From an uncultured Gammaproteobacteria bacterium (GTDB taxonomy: Bacteria > Pseudomonadota > Gammaproteobacteria > CAWCPV01), in assembly GCA_963797555.1 (NCBI GenBank), contig CAWCPV010000003.1:576001-640000 (forward strand): a stretch of 64,000 bases of DNA. The letters run 5' to 3'. Of the stretch, positions 62,341 to 64,000 are shown one piece after another; within the stretch, counting starts at the first letter, position 1, and the number at the start of each line of letters is the position of its first letter. The notes beneath the pieces are model-generated. The model saw only the letters and a program-made list of their open reading frames with translations, did no database searches and was not told the DNA's origin. A program made the position numbers and the translations under genes.

Positions 62341-63921
62341 TCAGCGTGGGAGCCGCAGATCTACACCGCGCTCCACCTCCCCTCGTCCGCTCAGAGCCCG
62401 CTTGAGGATCTTGCCGGCAGCGTTCTTCGGCAACGCAGGAAGGAGATAGACCCTACGCGGAACCTCGTGGCGGCCCAGGTTCTCGCGACAAAACGCGCGG
62501 ATCTCTCGCTGCGTCATCACGTGTCCTTCGCGCAGCACGACGTAGGCGACCGGGATCTCGCCATGCAGCTCGTGGGGCTCTCCGACGACTGCAGCCTCCA
62601 GGACGGCCGGGGCTCGGTACAGGACTTCTTCGACGACGCGCGGGTACACATTCATGCCGTTCACGATGAGCATGTCCCTCAATCGGTCGACGAGGTGGAA
62701 ATAACCATCCCCATCCCTGTAGCCGGCGTCGCCGGTACGGAACCAGTCGCCGAAAAACGCCGCGCGAGTTTCTTCAGGCAGACCCCAGTATCCCTTCATG
62801 ACGTTCGGCCCCTGTACGCAGATCTCTCCTGTCTCGCCGCCCGGAAGCTCGCGACCAGCCCCATCCAAGACTTTCATCTGCACCAGGGGCAGCGGCAGAC
62901 CGACCGACCCGGGCTTGCGGACACCGCCGATGGGGTTTACGCACGTCACCGGAGAGCACTCGGTCGGGCCGTCGCCCTCGTAGATGGGCTTGCCGAAACG
63001 GGTTTCGAACTGCTCCATCACCGCCTCCGGCAGCGCCGCCCCCCCGGAGATACACCAGCGCAGTGAGGCCAGCTTGCCGACGGCCGTCTGAGGAAGGCGC
63101 AGCAACAGGTTGTACATACTCGGCACGCCCAGGAAGATGGTGGCGCGCCGCGCCTGGATGGCGTCGGCAACGAGCTGCGGGTCGAAACGCGGAACGGGCG
63201 CGAGCGTGCAACCGCTGAATAGGGGTGTAAGCATCCCGACCGTGGCGGCGAACGCGTGGAACATGGGCAAGACCACCAGGACGACGTCCTCCCCCGGCCG
63301 GATCTGAAAAGCCTTGCGCACACTCCAGCTATTCGCCGCGAGGTTGCGGTGGGTCAGCATCGCGCCCTTCGGCCGACCCGTGGTCCCCGAGGTGTAAAGC
63401 ACCACCGCAACGTCCTCGCCAGTGTCGAATACGGGCTGGGGCCGCGGTCCGGAAAACTCGACGGCCTGCCGCCACGCGTGTCCCGGACCCTGCTGCTCGG
63501 CACTCCCCGCACGCAGGCAGACCACCGACCCCCCGAGCTGCGGCAAGATCCCGGAAACCGCTTCGGTGAAAAGCTCATGGTAGATCAATCCACGCACCTG
63601 GGCGTCCTGCAAGACGAAGCTCAGCTCCTTGGGATTCATCAACAGGTTGAGGGGGACCCCGGTCGCACCTGCCTTGAGGATGCCGAAATAGGCGAGCGCG
63701 AAGACATCCGAATTCGGACAGTACAGGCCTACCCGGTCTCCCTTCTCGATCCCCTGCGCGGCGAGGAAGCCAGCGATCCGATCGGACACCTCGTCGAAGG
63801 TCAAAAACGGCAGATCCCGGTCCCCCGACGCCACGGCGATGTGCTGCGGGCAGCGCCGTGCGGCGTCCTTCAACAGCGCCGGCAGCGGAGAATCGTCGAA
63901 CTCACTGTCGGGTGTCCTCAT
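62341..63921 (-). CDS. Long-chain fatty acid-CoA ligase
   Basis: YTSGTTGRPKG, EGDGPTECSP, WFRTGD, DRLRDMLIVNGMNVYP, LPKNAAGKILK. Confidence 0.93.
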   Translation of the reverse strand: MRTPDSEFDDSPLPALLKDAARRCPQHIAVASGDRDLPFLTFDEVSDRIAGFLAAQGIEKGDRVGLYCPNSDVFALAYFGILKAGATGVPLNLLMNPKELSFVLQDAQVRGLIYHELFTEAVSGILPQLGGSVVCLRAGSAEQQGPGHAWRQAVEFSGPRPQPVFDTGEDVAVVLYTSGTTGRPKGAMLTHRNLAANSWSVRKAFQIRPGEDVVLVVLPMFHAFAATVGMLTPLFSGCTLAPVPRFDPQLVADAIQARRATIFLGVPSMYNLLLRLPQTAVGKLASLRWCISGGAALPEAVMEQFETRFGKPIYEGDGPTECSPVTCVNPIGGVRKPGSVGLPLPLVQMKVLDGAGRELPGGETGEICVQGPNVMKGYWGLPEETRAAFFGDWFRTGDAGYRDGDGYFHLVDRLRDMLIVNGMNVYPRVVEEVLYRAPAVLEAAVVGEPHELHGEIPVAYVVLREGHVMTQREIRAFCRENLGRHEVPRRVYLLPALPKNAAGKILKRALSGRGEVERGVDLRLPR

Positions 63922-64000
63922 CTCACCCCCTCGCTGTACAGACGCAGGCAAGCCCCCGCGACCCGGCGGTCCCGCACGCGGCTCGGGAACTGCGGCGCCC

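Noticed and set aside
1-64000. CRISPR array, tRNA or rRNA genes
   Set aside because: No regularly spaced direct repeats or recognisable structural RNA genes seen by eye.

Overview
GC-rich Gram-negative bacterial window. No rRNA, tRNA or CRISPR array was recognised. Many genes carry isolated indel frameshifts with otherwise clean coding sequence, so long-read error is likely. The left arm (1-12.5 kb) is mostly envelope and housekeeping genes: two MacB-type permeases, an HPP protein, lemA-TPM-TPM, cyanase, and mprF-acvB. A mobile-element graveyard follows (12.5-16.1 kb): IS110, an IS200 stub, and an integron-like cassette flanked by group II intron 3' ends. The centrepiece (16.1-38.3 kb) is an ~18.5 kb minus-strand cluster under a canonical sigma54 promoter, divergent from a histidine kinase and a GAFTGA-type response regulator. 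It encodes a ~2000-aa secreted Ig/beta-helix protein, three paralogous two-domain cupredoxin proteins, an S8 protease, an SCO copper chaperone, a cytochrome c-binding-protein fusion, a Cyc2-like cytochrome-porin and a class I cytochrome c. The copper ligands of the three paralogues are complementary, suggesting a split hetero-oligomeric multicopper oxidase. I infer an extracellular metal (Fe/Mn) oxidation or electron-uptake system. The right arm holds an S2P-CBS protease, NAD kinase, csp, an RRM protein, a BT1 transporter, pspA with two giant polytopic membrane proteins, a stop-codon-targeting MITE, Uma2, a sulfatase/HAD-2H islet with an integrase stub, an MglA-like GTPase module, an APC permease and an acyl-CoA synthetase.
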